The notes under the pieces are model-generated. The model worked only from the letters and a program-made list of their open reading frames with translations, searched no databases and was not told the origin of the DNA. From an uncultured virus (IMG/VR IMGVR_UViG_3300045016_000288) (taxonomy: Duplodnaviria > Heunggongvirae > Uroviricota > Caudoviricetes): a stretch of 64,000 bases of DNA. Positions 39,250 through 47,245 of the stretch are shown in pieces (position 1 is the stretch's first letter; every line of letters begins with the position of its first letter). The DNA lies in IMG/VR virus record IMGVR_UViG_3300045016_000288; one strand, 5' to 3'. The translations under genes and the position numbers were made by a program.

Positions 39250-39651
39250 TTAGCTCACCCCGCTCCACACTTTTGTGCGAGGGGTGAATCCCCTTACGGC
39301 TACTGTTCCAGCGGGCCAGGCGCTTGCTATCGCCTTTGGCGTTCTCCTCGTCCAGAAGTGCTTGTACTTGCCTGTGGAACACTTCTCTTCGGGCGCGTCC
39401 AGGTAGCGGGGACGCAACGGGACAACCTCGCGTATGTCGCCCCTCCAGAGCGCGTAGTTGTAACCGTCAATACGACAGTCGTCGATGAACTTTAGTGCCA
39501 GCTCCATCGTCTCGAAAACCAGCACCGGCGTCCCTCCCCACCCAACGGTTTCCTGGCCAGGGACAAACCTGCGCTTCATTATTCCCTTAGTCGCAAAGGA
39601 ATAATACTGGCCGTCAGGCTCGATATGCACGGCCTTGTAGGCTATCTTCAT
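39250..39651 (-). CDS. WPxGT paralogue family member 6
   Basis: YKA...GTPVLVF...LWRG...FW...WPAGT...FTP. Confidence 0.75.
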   Translation of the reverse strand: MKIAYKAVHIEPDGQYYSFATKGIMKRRFVPGQETVGWGGTPVLVFETMELALKFIDDCRIDGYNYALWRGDIREVVPLRPRYLDAPEEKCSTGKYKHFWTRRTPKAIASAWPAGTVAVRGFTPRTKVWSGVS

Positions 39652-39681
39652 CTGTTCCTCTCTATGTAATGTGGTTGGTTG

Positions 39682-40104
39682 TTATCGGCCCGTGATCTGC
39701 CGTAGGGGCGTGAATGAATCAGCCCACATAGTCCCCTCCGGCCATGGCCTCAGCCAGGCGCCGCCTGAGCCCTGGCGCGCTTCCCGCCAGAACTCGAATC
39801 GAACGTCATCACTCAAGACGCACCACGCATCATCCCGACCGCAGGAGGGAGTGCGCAGGTTTGTTGCCGTGCCTTCCCAGACTTCATCCCCTAAATCTAC
39901 AAACGCCTTGGCATAGCTGGCGTGAGAAAACACCATCACTGGTGTTCCGCGAAACCCGAAGGCCGGTCGGCCTACTGCGTACTTGCATAGCCAAGCACCG
40001 CCGGTGCAGGCCGAAACCAAATCCCCATCGATCCGATGGAGGGCCTTGCAACAGATCTCACCACCCGTAAGCAGCGAGAGCTTTTCCGCATTATGTTGTG
40101 TCAT
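39682..40104 (-). CDS. WPxGT paralogue family member 7
   Basis: CKA...GTPVMVF...EVWEG...FW...WPEGT...FTP. Confidence 0.75.
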   Translation of the reverse strand: MTQHNAEKLSLLTGGEICCKALHRIDGDLVSACTGGAWLCKYAVGRPAFGFRGTPVMVFSHASYAKAFVDLGDEVWEGTATNLRTPSCGRDDAWCVLSDDVRFEFWREARQGSGGAWLRPWPEGTMWADSFTPLRQITGR

Positions 40105-40137
40105 ATTGTGCCATCTTGTGTCATTTTGTGCTTTCAG

Positions 40138-40503
40138 TTACACCCGTTTCAGCGGTGAACTTGCGTCCAGCCCGCTGCTCCGCGCCAGCAAAACAACGTG
40201 CCATTGCAACCCTTCACCAGCTATTTGCCCAGCCCATTCTTTCACATCCGGGCAAACCTCGCAGGCATGATCAAACCGCCGCTGTGTCGCCCCCTTGTCC
40301 GCCGGGTCCTTGAACTCCTCCGGATACTCCCGAACCAGGGCGTCCCAGCAAGCCAGGGCGGCCTGGCCGGGCGTATCTCCGTTCCCGTGAATCACTATGT
40401 CCGAGTACCCCATTTCCGAGCGGTAAATGGCCGATACGGCCACCAACGCTGTCTCGCGACTCGAAAGCCTCCCAAGGCTTTTGAGCATCACCTTTCTGAT
40501 CAT
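40138..40503 (-). CDS. Hypothetical protein
   Basis: SD GAAAGGA. Confidence 0.6.
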   Translation of the reverse strand: MIRKVMLKSLGRLSSRETALVAVSAIYRSEMGYSDIVIHGNGDTPGQAALACWDALVREYPEEFKDPADKGATQRRFDHACEVCPDVKEWAGQIAGEGLQWHVVLLARSSGLDASSPLKRV

Positions 40504-40596
40504 CGTGTTATCCTTTCTGTTTCATTCTCATTTCCAGCCCCGCCGTGCTCTGCCGCGGCGCCAACCGTGACGGCCCGGCCTGGGACCAAGTACAAC

Positions 40597-40646
40597 AAAA
40601 AAAGGCCCGCGCCAGCCTGGATTGCTCCAGGCCAACACGGGCCTTT
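40597..40646 (-). terminator. Intrinsic terminator
   Basis: AAAGGCCCG...CGGGCCTTT stem plus U-tract. Confidence 0.65.
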
Positions 40647-40657
40647 CCCGTCAGCCT

Positions 40658-40885
40658 CTATCGCGGGCTGTTGCGGGCGGCGCAGGCGTACCGGCGCCGC
40701 CACTTGTGCCCCATTTCAAAATGCTCAGCCGTAACCACGATCATAGCCGAGCCGGGGCCTCTTTCTTTCTCTCCAACCCAGTCCCACTCGGGGAACATGG
40801 CCCGGAGAGAAGGCAGTGGATTGACACCGTGCGCGTATGCGTCACGGCAGTACTCGTCAACCCACTGCTTTACTGTGGTTGACAT
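40658..40885 (-). CDS. Hypothetical protein (NPLPxLRxxFP motif)
   Basis: SD AGGAGG; motif shared with 42377..42958. Confidence 0.6.
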   Translation of the reverse strand: MSTTVKQWVDEYCRDAYAHGVNPLPSLRAMFPEWDWVGEKERGPGSAMIVVTAEHFEMGHKWRRRYACAARNSPR

Positions 40886-40952
40886 ACCCTCCTGTTCACT
40901 CCCCGCCTCGCCCTTGCCTCCACAGCAAGGGGTGAGCAGGGAAATCGCTCAC

Positions 40953-40993
40953 AAAAAACAGGGAGCGCGCCCGACTGCGGACATCGCTCCCTG
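40953..40993 (-). terminator. Intrinsic terminator
   Basis: CAGGGAGCG...CGCTCCCTG plus U-tract. Confidence 0.7.
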
Positions 40994-41004
40994 CGCTGTT
41001 ACTC

Positions 41005-41289
41005 CTACGACTCCGGCACTTCTGGCCGGAGAAGGTCTGCGGTCAGGCAGGTCAAGCCCGCCCCGCGCTTGGCTGTGAACCCAGCGGCGGTCGCACGCCA
41101 GATTTCGACTGGCTGCGATGACTCTATAGCCGCCCAAGCGCGGGCCTGCGCGGCCGTCTGAAATACCCTAGCCTTCGCCAGGGTCCATCGCCCAGCGCGG
41201 AAAATGCGCTCACGATGGCCCGGATGGAGGCAGGCATTGAGTTGCCCGTCCTCCATCCGGCGAAACACCGAATACACTGTTTGTGGCAT
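41005..41289 (-). CDS. Divergent, short member of the WPxGT-like family
   Basis: VYSVFRRMEDGQL...VFQTAAQARAW...VEIWRATA; lacks the WPxGT motif itself. Confidence 0.55.
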   Translation of the reverse strand: MPQTVYSVFRRMEDGQLNACLHPGHRERIFRAGRWTLAKARVFQTAAQARAWAAIESSQPVEIWRATAAGFTAKRGAGLTCLTADLLRPEVPES

Positions 41290-41292
41290 AAG

Positions 41293-41340
41293 TAGTGCGC
41301 CCCGCCGGACTCGAACCGACGTTTCCCCTCCTGGGGGCGC
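41293..41340 (-). ncRNA. tRNA-like minihelix A
   Basis: GCGCCCC/GGGGCGC acceptor stem; GTCGG-TTCGAGT-CCGGC T-arm; 13-nt linker; ends A-CTA. Confidence 0.75.
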
Positions 41341-41347
41341 AAAGCGG

Positions 41348-41387
41348 AAAAAAGAACAGGGAGCGCGTATTCGGGCGCGCTCCCCGT
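41348..41387 (-). terminator. Intrinsic terminator
   Basis: GGGAGCGCG...CGCGCTCCC plus U-tract. Confidence 0.7.
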
Positions 41388-41392
41388 GTGAT

Positions 41393-42160
41393 TCATACTG
41401 GCGTGTCTGTTGACGCCCAGCCAGCAGGCACTAGGAGACCTTCGGCATCCAGCGGCCTGTCGTCCACCGGCACCGGCTCTAGCGCCGGCTCGGTGGCGGT
41501 CTCGGTGACTGGTTCACCGGTGAGTGCGGCCAGCAGCGACTTCTGGCGCTGTAGCCAGCCCTCGTGCCGGTCCCGATGGTATGGTCCCATCGCTTCCAAC
41601 TCCTCGGCGTGGTAGCGGTACGTCGCCCGCTCGATTCGGTTGCGGAGTGTTTCGATCCACCAGGCGCGGAGATCCGACCCCGGCTCGAAATAGCGTTCGA
41701 GTTGCGGCGAGACATCGCCGCTGGGGAACAGGACGTGTTGTTGCATCCAGCCAACCGCCTCCACGACCGGTGCCCAAGCTGCGCCCCAGAGGCCGATTTT
41801 TACCCCCTGTGGGTCTTCCAGGTACGCCTGGCCCGTGGCGGTGCCCCGGGCGATCACCCAGCGGTGAACCAGTGGGCGATCAATCGCCCGCCAGACCGCG
41901 CCGCCGCGGTCCATGGCGTGCCGCCGCCCTGAACCGAACTCTAACCGCTGCCCTTTTGGGCAATGGACCGCCTCGGGAGGGCACGGGATGCCCACGACGC
42001 TCGTCTCGTGGATGAGCGCGCGGGCGAGTTCCGCCCGAGTGAGGCAGGCGACCCACCCGCCCGCCCAAAGGGTCTGGGGCGTGACCGCCGGTGTCAGCCC
42101 GGGATTGCCCCGGGCCGTGGCCAAATAAGCCCCCGTGAGGGGACCGATTTTCTCTTTCAT
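41393..42160 (-). CDS. Hypothetical protein
   Basis: Start reassigned to MKEKIGP with SD GAAAGG. Confidence 0.6.
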   Translation of the reverse strand: MKEKIGPLTGAYLATARGNPGLTPAVTPQTLWAGGWVACLTRAELARALIHETSVVGIPCPPEAVHCPKGQRLEFGSGRRHAMDRGGAVWRAIDRPLVHRWVIARGTATGQAYLEDPQGVKIGLWGAAWAPVVEAVGWMQQHVLFPSGDVSPQLERYFEPGSDLRAWWIETLRNRIERATYRYHAEELEAMGPYHRDRHEGWLQRQKSLLAALTGEPVTETATEPALEPVPVDDRPLDAEGLLVPAGWASTDTPV

Positions 42161-42222
42161 CTGTTGCCTTTCGTGGTTTGTTGTTAAGTACCCAACCCGT
42201 TGCAGGCTGGGAAAGCTCCAGG

Positions 42223-42274
42223 TGTCGCGCTTAGCTGGACTCGAACCAGCACAACTCCCCACCCGGCAAGCGCG
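42223..42274 (-). ncRNA. tRNA-like minihelix B
   Basis: GCGCTTG/TAAGCGC acceptor stem; GCTGG-TTCGAGT-CCAGC T-arm. Confidence 0.7.
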
Positions 42275-42336
42275 TTATCTATGCCCCGCCCCGCCCAGCA
42301 CTCTTCGCACCAGGCGAACCGAGGCCAACTGAACCT

Positions 42337-42372
42337 AAAAAAGAGGAGCGGGCATCGCTGCCCACTCCCTTT
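42337..42372 (-). terminator. Intrinsic terminator
   Basis: GGAGTGGGCA...TGCCCGCTCC plus U-tract. Confidence 0.7.
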
Positions 42373-42376
42373 GGCT

Positions 42377-42958
42377 TCATTGCAGTCCCCCCTCGGGGAC
42401 TGGGAAAGAGCTAATGCCGTAACCGGCCGTGGAGAAGTCCACGACCAGCTCGCCACCTTTCAGTGGCAAATGGTGATACGCGCCATTCGTGCTCCACGTG
42501 ACCGCGGGAAAGAGTTCCCGCAGCATGGGGAGCGGGTTCTTCCCCATTGAATAGGTGTGCTCCGCGAACGGAGCCACCCACGCCGGCACTCCTGCCGGCA
42601 GGTCGAACTGCCGGAGACTACCCGGCAGCTTCCGTATCACAAACACGGGGCGCCCTCGTGCGTCCCATCCGAAGAACGACTCCGCAGAGTCGTTGACTTG
42701 AAACCGCACATCCGTGATGCGCAGTTGTTGTCCCTCGTCTTTGCAGACGAGGTGCCCGCTAGCCGGGGCGCAGCCCCAGCTATGTCCCCAATCGAGGACT
42801 AGCACGTCGCCGCGCTGGTCCACGACCTCCACGTCCCGGCTCCCATCTGGCCCGGTGCTCACCTTGAGCCACGAGCCAGTACGAGCCAGTACTGGCAGGG
42901 TCTCCGCCAGATCATAGCTGGCGTCAGACCCGCCCCGGCTGACCGCTTTGATTTTCAT
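42377..42958 (-). CDS. Hypothetical protein with C-terminal NPLPxLRxxFP motif
   Basis: SD GAAAGG. Confidence 0.6.
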   Translation of the reverse strand: MKIKAVSRGGSDASYDLAETLPVLARTGSWLKVSTGPDGSRDVEVVDQRGDVLVLDWGHSWGCAPASGHLVCKDEGQQLRITDVRFQVNDSAESFFGWDARGRPVFVIRKLPGSLRQFDLPAGVPAWVAPFAEHTYSMGKNPLPMLRELFPAVTWSTNGAYHHLPLKGGELVVDFSTAGYGISSFPVPEGGLQ

Positions 42959-43245
42959 ACTGCCTTTCGTTAGTTGTTAGCTGCTAAAAGTCAAAAGAAC
43001 CAAGGTGGCCCACCCGTCCGAGTGAGCCACCCCACCCAAGCTCGTCCCGTTGAACATGAGCGAGTCGGACGAGCCCGCGATGACGCTGCCGCTAGTGGCG
43101 GACAGCGTTGGTCAAATGGCGTAGGTGCGCGGGCACGATCCGCGTGAGGCCGCTAGCCTCACCCACGAGAGACGGTTCTGTTCCCAGGGCAATCCGTCAT
43201 GCCCCGGCCGCGCGTGTTGCCACCGCGACAGGCCCCACCCGTGCG

Positions 43246-43560
43246 CTAGCAGAGCACGAAGCCAGGGACAGACACAATCTGCCCCTTGGCATCGCGCACT
43301 ACCGACGGGTGCCCCGTTGCCGGAGCCACCACGTCGTTCCGAGTGGGCATCGCCTGCGACACCATGGCGGAGACGATGTAAAACGTCCCCTCCTCTGGTT
43401 CCGGCACGCCCAACGGGCGCCCATAGCGGGCAACCGAGACCTTGGTGCGCGGGTCGAATTCGGAGAACTCGACCTCCACCCGGGCCACGGTGCCGCTTGG
43501 CGGAATGGGTTCCCACCCAGTAACCGTTACTGCGTGGGGTGTGAGGTTCACGTACCTCAT
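43246..43560 (-). CDS. Phage 'NLTPH' family hypothetical protein
   Basis: MRYVNLTPH...IPPSGTVARV...YIVS...P...VRD..GQI pattern; start reassigned. Confidence 0.7.
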   Translation of the reverse strand: MRYVNLTPHAVTVTGWEPIPPSGTVARVEVEFSEFDPRTKVSVARYGRPLGVPEPEEGTFYIVSAMVSQAMPTRNDVVAPATGHPSVVRDAKGQIVSVPGFVLC

Positions 43561-43563
43561 CAC

Positions 43564-43614
43564 TGGCACGTTGCGCAGGAGTCGAACCCGCACCTTGCCC
43601 GCCGGGGCAACGTG
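43564..43614 (-). ncRNA. tRNA-like minihelix C with encoded CCA
   Basis: ACGTTGC/GCAACGT acceptor stem; GCGGG-TTCGACT-CCTGC T-arm; ends G-CCA. Confidence 0.8.
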
Positions 43615-43617
43615 AAA

Positions 43618-43693
43618 TAGGTCGCGGTGCGGGAATCGAACCCGCAGCGGGATTTCTCCCCGCCCTCACAGCCCGTAGCTCCAGGGCCGCGAC
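43618..43693 (-). ncRNA. tRNA-like element D (about tRNA length, non-canonical)
   Basis: GTCGCGG/CCGCGAC acceptor-like stem; GCGGG-TTCGATT-CCCGC T-arm; extra hairpin GCGGG-GAGAAAT-CCCGC. Confidence 0.65.
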
Positions 43694-43701
43694 GTGATAA
43701 A

Positions 43702-43902
43702 CTAACCAGAGGTGCCGCGGATGCCAACCAGCCTCACGGCATCCGCCCAACTGGCACCCGCCCGGCGCCAGTCGATCAACAGCCGGACTTCATCCGGCGT
43801 CAGACGCACCTCACCCAAGCCCGCCTTGCGGCGAGCACGCCCCTTCAACCGGAAAGGGCGCCCAACGGTTCCCACGATACGCATAGAGTAGGGCTTGCTC
43901 AT
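43702..43902 (-). CDS. Small hypothetical protein (HTH-like C-terminus)
   Basis: Start MSKPYSM overlaps the upstream stop. Confidence 0.5.
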   Translation of the reverse strand: MSKPYSMRIVGTVGRPFRLKGRARRKAGLGEVRLTPDEVRLLIDWRRAGASWADAVRLVGIRGTSG

Positions 43903-44000
43903 CGCCACCCCCCCGCCGCCGCGGCGAAGACCAGATACGCGATGAGAATCAAGCACCACAATGCTACGCGAATGTGCTCTTGCTTGTCTTCTGTATCCAT
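43899..44000 (-). CDS. Small membrane peptide (MDTEDKQEH...)
   Basis: ATG 3 nt after the CCA of element E; single TM; stop overlaps the next start. Confidence 0.5.
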   Translation of the reverse strand: MDTEDKQEHIRVALWCLILIAYLVFAAAAGGWR

Positions 44001-44003
44001 ATG

Positions 44004-44054
44004 TGGCGCACTCGACGGGAATCGAACCCACCTCTCCTCACCAGAGGAGTGCGC
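44004..44054 (-). ncRNA. tRNA-like minihelix E with encoded CCA
   Basis: GCACTC/GAGTGC stem stacked on GGTGGG-TTCGATT-CCCGTC; ends G-CCA. Confidence 0.75.
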
Positions 44055-44114
44055 TTGCCCCGCCCCGCCCCGCCCCGTACTCGACTGATTCCGTGGCGGC
44101 AGGGCAAAAGAGAC

Positions 44115-44146
44115 AAAAAAAGCAAGGTCCTCTTTCGAGGACCTTG
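44115..44146 (-). terminator. Intrinsic terminator
   Basis: CAAGGTCCTC-GAAA-GAGGACCTTG followed by C and 7 U. Confidence 0.85.
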
Positions 44147-44280
44147 TTGCTTGCTTCTTCACCAGTCGAACATGAGGGCAAAGAAGACTATCAGAGAAAC
44201 GATCAGGATATGGACAGAGATCACCATAGCGGTGATCTCCCTATCCTCTTTGGTGGCTGTTAACATAGGCTTGCGCATAA

Positions 44281-44892
44281 TTACTTACTAGTTTCCGCAA
44301 GCGGCACGCTTTCCTTTGCTGGCACTGCTGGCGCTGGCTGAATATCTACCGGCGGCCGCTTTGTGGCTTCAGCTTCAGCCATGACAGCCAATGCCTCGAC
44401 AGTTCGGCCAGCTCGGAACAAGGCGTTAGCCTTTTCCAACAAGGCTAGCCTTTCGTCTTTTGCCTTTAACGCGGCTTTCTCTTTCGCCGCGGGTGATTGC
44501 TCCGGCCGTACTACCTTAACGGTACTTACTGGTCCTTTGTTGGTGACAACCGCTACCTGTGCGGTTGAGTCTTCCAATAAACTGCACGCCACAGCTTTCG
44601 CCGCAGCTCGCCCGGTCTCGCTACACTCGCGGTCCGCTTGCGCGGCCGCGCTTTCGGTGCTGGTCTCTGGATTTGCCGCTTGAATTGCAGCAATCCGCTT
44701 TTCCTTCGCCGTCTTGTCGGCAAAGTGTAGGCGCGTTCCTGTGGACTCTGTCGTTACCTTGTAGGTAACAACGCCAGCTTGATCAACCGTTTTCTTCCGC
44801 TTGAACAACTGTTCGACCGTTCCTTCGGGAAGAGCGGTACGGATTACTACAAACTCTTGCGGTGCAAGAGTTTCTGTTGCATTATCTGGCAT
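44281..44892 (-). CDS. Hypothetical Ala/Lys-rich protein, first gene of the cassette region
   Basis: 203-aa ORF. Confidence 0.65.
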   Translation of the reverse strand: MPDNATETLAPQEFVVIRTALPEGTVEQLFKRKKTVDQAGVVTYKVTTESTGTRLHFADKTAKEKRIAAIQAANPETSTESAAAQADRECSETGRAAAKAVACSLLEDSTAQVAVVTNKGPVSTVKVVRPEQSPAAKEKAALKAKDERLALLEKANALFRAGRTVEALAVMAEAEATKRPPVDIQPAPAVPAKESVPLAETSK

Positions 44893-46309
44893 AGTTTTGC
44901 TTTCCGTTACTGGCCAGTCCAGGAGATAGACCGGCCGGATTTACAGGCGCGCTCTAGAGTGCGGGAAGTGACTTATTAGAGCATAAGTCACGCGCAAACC
45001 GTGCGCCTGTCCATACTTTAGCGGCGGGGGCCGTGAGCTTGGCGGGCCGGGCGGGCAAGGGGGGGCCCCTGGGGGGGATTCCGTGGGCACAAGTGTTCTT
45101 TCTCAACTTTTTGGGACAAAGTTGGTGGGGGTATATTTTTGGGGTAGTGATTTTGGTGTGGGTGGCGTGGTTTTTTATGGGCAAGTAGTTGGGCGGGAGG
45201 AGTTTGCGGTTGGTAAGTTGAGTAAGTTGGGCGTGCAATTAAGGAAAGTGGGCAAAGTAGGGCTGGTGATGGTGCGTGTGTTTTAGGAAGGCGAAAGCCT
45301 TAGTTTGATTGGTGGGGTGAGTTTGAGGTCGGGCGCAACAGCAACGAGCAACGCTTCGAAAGCATTGCTGTTGCGCCGGTTTAATTTCGTTGTGGGGTGT
45401 TGTTTGAAAGGCAGGTGCGTTCGGCTTTCGGGCTTGGTTGTGTGGAAGGGGGAGTGGGAAGAAGGCGGCCTCGGAGGGATTAAGGGAGCAAAAGCGCGTG
45501 CTATTGGTGCAGGTTGCACGCGCGCTTTTGCGGGCGGGAAGAGATAACGTGTTGAGGGGGAAGGGTTTGAGTAGACGCTGTGTTTTTGAGGGAGGGGGCT
45601 GTGCGTGTTTTAAGGGCGTCGTTTAGGAGAGGGGCGTGTTTTTTCGGCAGGGCAGGGATAGGTACGAGCAGGGTAGGAACTGGCTAGGTGGCGTAGGTCA
45701 GGAAGGGGCGTGACGAGGGGACTCCCCTGGCGTGGTTTTAAGAGAGGTTCAACAGTCGGGCTAGGGCTTACTAGGCCCTAGCGGCCTCCGGGTCAGCGGT
45801 AGAGGCCGAACGACTGAAGCTCCGGGCTTGCGCCCCTGACGGTCGTGGCTGGGGTTGAGTCCCTTAGTCGCCACCCCGCGTTCGTTCCGGGATCGAGACG
45901 AGGCGAGGGGACTGCGTTGGGGTTTTTGCAGTCCGGGCGCCTACTCTTAGCCGGTGGACGACACGCGCTCAAGTTGGTTGGGCTTGAGGTCCTTGGTGTT
46001 TGGATGCAGCCGGGCCGTCCGGCTGTCCTTGCGAGGAGGTTCCTGTCCTTCGGTGTGCCTGGTTCGGTGGGAACTGCTGTTTGCACCGTAAGGAGAGGTC
46101 TAACCTGTCGTGCGTTTAGGTCTGTCGGGAGGGCAAACCGCGAGGCAAGAGCAACTGGCGGAAGGAAAGATTTTCGGTTGGCAGTTGGGGATGCCTGCGC
46201 ACGACTCATTGAGCTTGAGATAGTGTTGTTCAATGACTCTCTATAGGGGCGTGCACCTGGGCCAGGTCATTGAACTCCCCCGGCGCGCAGGCGCACGCTA
46301 CCCGACGCG

Positions 46310-46339
46310 AACTTAGTTGAGGGTGCGTGGCATTGTCAA
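46310..46339 (-). promoter_or_regulatory. Sigma70-like promoter
   Basis: TTGACA-18 nt-TAAGTT with an A-rich UP-like region. Confidence 0.6.
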
Positions 46340-46397
46340 AAAGTTTTTTTGTTCTACTTATTGTCGAGTATTTAGCGAGATATTGATGGTTTAAGGG

Positions 46398-46439
46398 AAA
46401 AAAAAGAGCCTGGCTGCCTTTAAGGGGCAGTCAGGCTTT
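46398..46439 (-). terminator. Intrinsic terminator
   Basis: AGCCTGACTGCC...GGCAGCCAGGCT plus U-tract. Confidence 0.8.
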
Positions 46440-46456
46440 GGTTAGTCAGTGGTAGT

Positions 46457-46825
46457 TCAGAACACGAGGTGGTCGGTAATGTTCTTGAGTCTTTCGGTGC
46501 AGTTGATGATGTCGCTGGTGGCGCTGGTGAGGGGCAAGCAGATGCTGATGATAGGCAGTCCGCGGCCGTCGCGGCGTCCTGCCTCGGCCGGCAGAGCTGT
46601 ACAGGGTGCTTCTTGGGCTCGCAAGGCAGGCTGGAGTTGGCCATCGAGGCGGTCGATTTCCTTCGCCAAGAGAGCCACGGCTGCATCCAGTGCGGATACG
46701 GCCTCAGCGAACGGCTTAGCGACCGCCGTGGCGTACAGGCCTGCTTGCGGGCTGGACGCTGCCTTGCCTACGTGTGCTTTTGGGGCGATTCGTTGGTCGC
46801 CGGTGTTGGGATTATGAGGTGTCAT
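46457..46825 (-). CDS. Hypothetical protein
   Basis: ORF ending just before the terminator. Confidence 0.5.
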   Translation of the reverse strand: MTPHNPNTGDQRIAPKAHVGKAASSPQAGLYATAVAKPFAEAVSALDAAVALLAKEIDRLDGQLQPALRAQEAPCTALPAEAGRRDGRGLPIISICLPLTSATSDIINCTERLKNITDHLVF

Positions 46826-46835
46826 TATGTGTTTG

Positions 46836-47228
46836 TTAGGGTTTGGTGGTTTTGAGATGGGAAAGCTGGTTTTTGCAGTTGCGTTTACTTGCCCGTGTGC
46901 AGTGTGCCGAGGCTTTGTTCAGGTTCCCGGACGCGACGGCTTTCTGTGCCAAGCACCGCGGAGGGCACTTCTTTAAGTAGCGGTACCTAGGGCAGCGTTT
47001 GACGAAGGCGCGTTGGAAGTTGCGGGCGGCTTTGTCGGGGGTTGGTCCGTATTCGTGGTAGCCGGTGCGTTCGCAGGGGCACAGGCGGGCGGTGCAGTAG
47101 GCGAAGGGCGGCCAGGCGGCGAGGCTAGGGTGATTGAGCTTAATGAGTTTGGCGACGACCTTAGGGTTCAGTCCGCGACTGATGGTGAGGGGTTCGCCGC
47201 AGACCGGGCAGCAGAGATGCTTTTTCAT
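46836..47228 (-). CDS. Cys-rich hypothetical protein
   Basis: CCPVCG...C...CPC. Confidence 0.5.
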   Translation of the reverse strand: MKKHLCCPVCGEPLTISRGLNPKVVAKLIKLNHPSLAAWPPFAYCTARLCPCERTGYHEYGPTPDKAARNFQRAFVKRCPRYRYLKKCPPRCLAQKAVASGNLNKASAHCTRASKRNCKNQLSHLKTTKP

Positions 47229-47245
47229 ATTGAGACCAAGGCGTG

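Noticed and set aside
41258..41271. ccggcgaaacaccg as a fifth retron ncRNA
   Set aside because: Partial match inside a coding region, without the GARGC stem or a terminal inverted repeat.
41293..44054. Canonical tRNA genes or attP remnants
   Set aside because: Four elements lack D and anticodon arms. All keep a complementary 5' acceptor strand, which a copied tRNA 3' end would not have.
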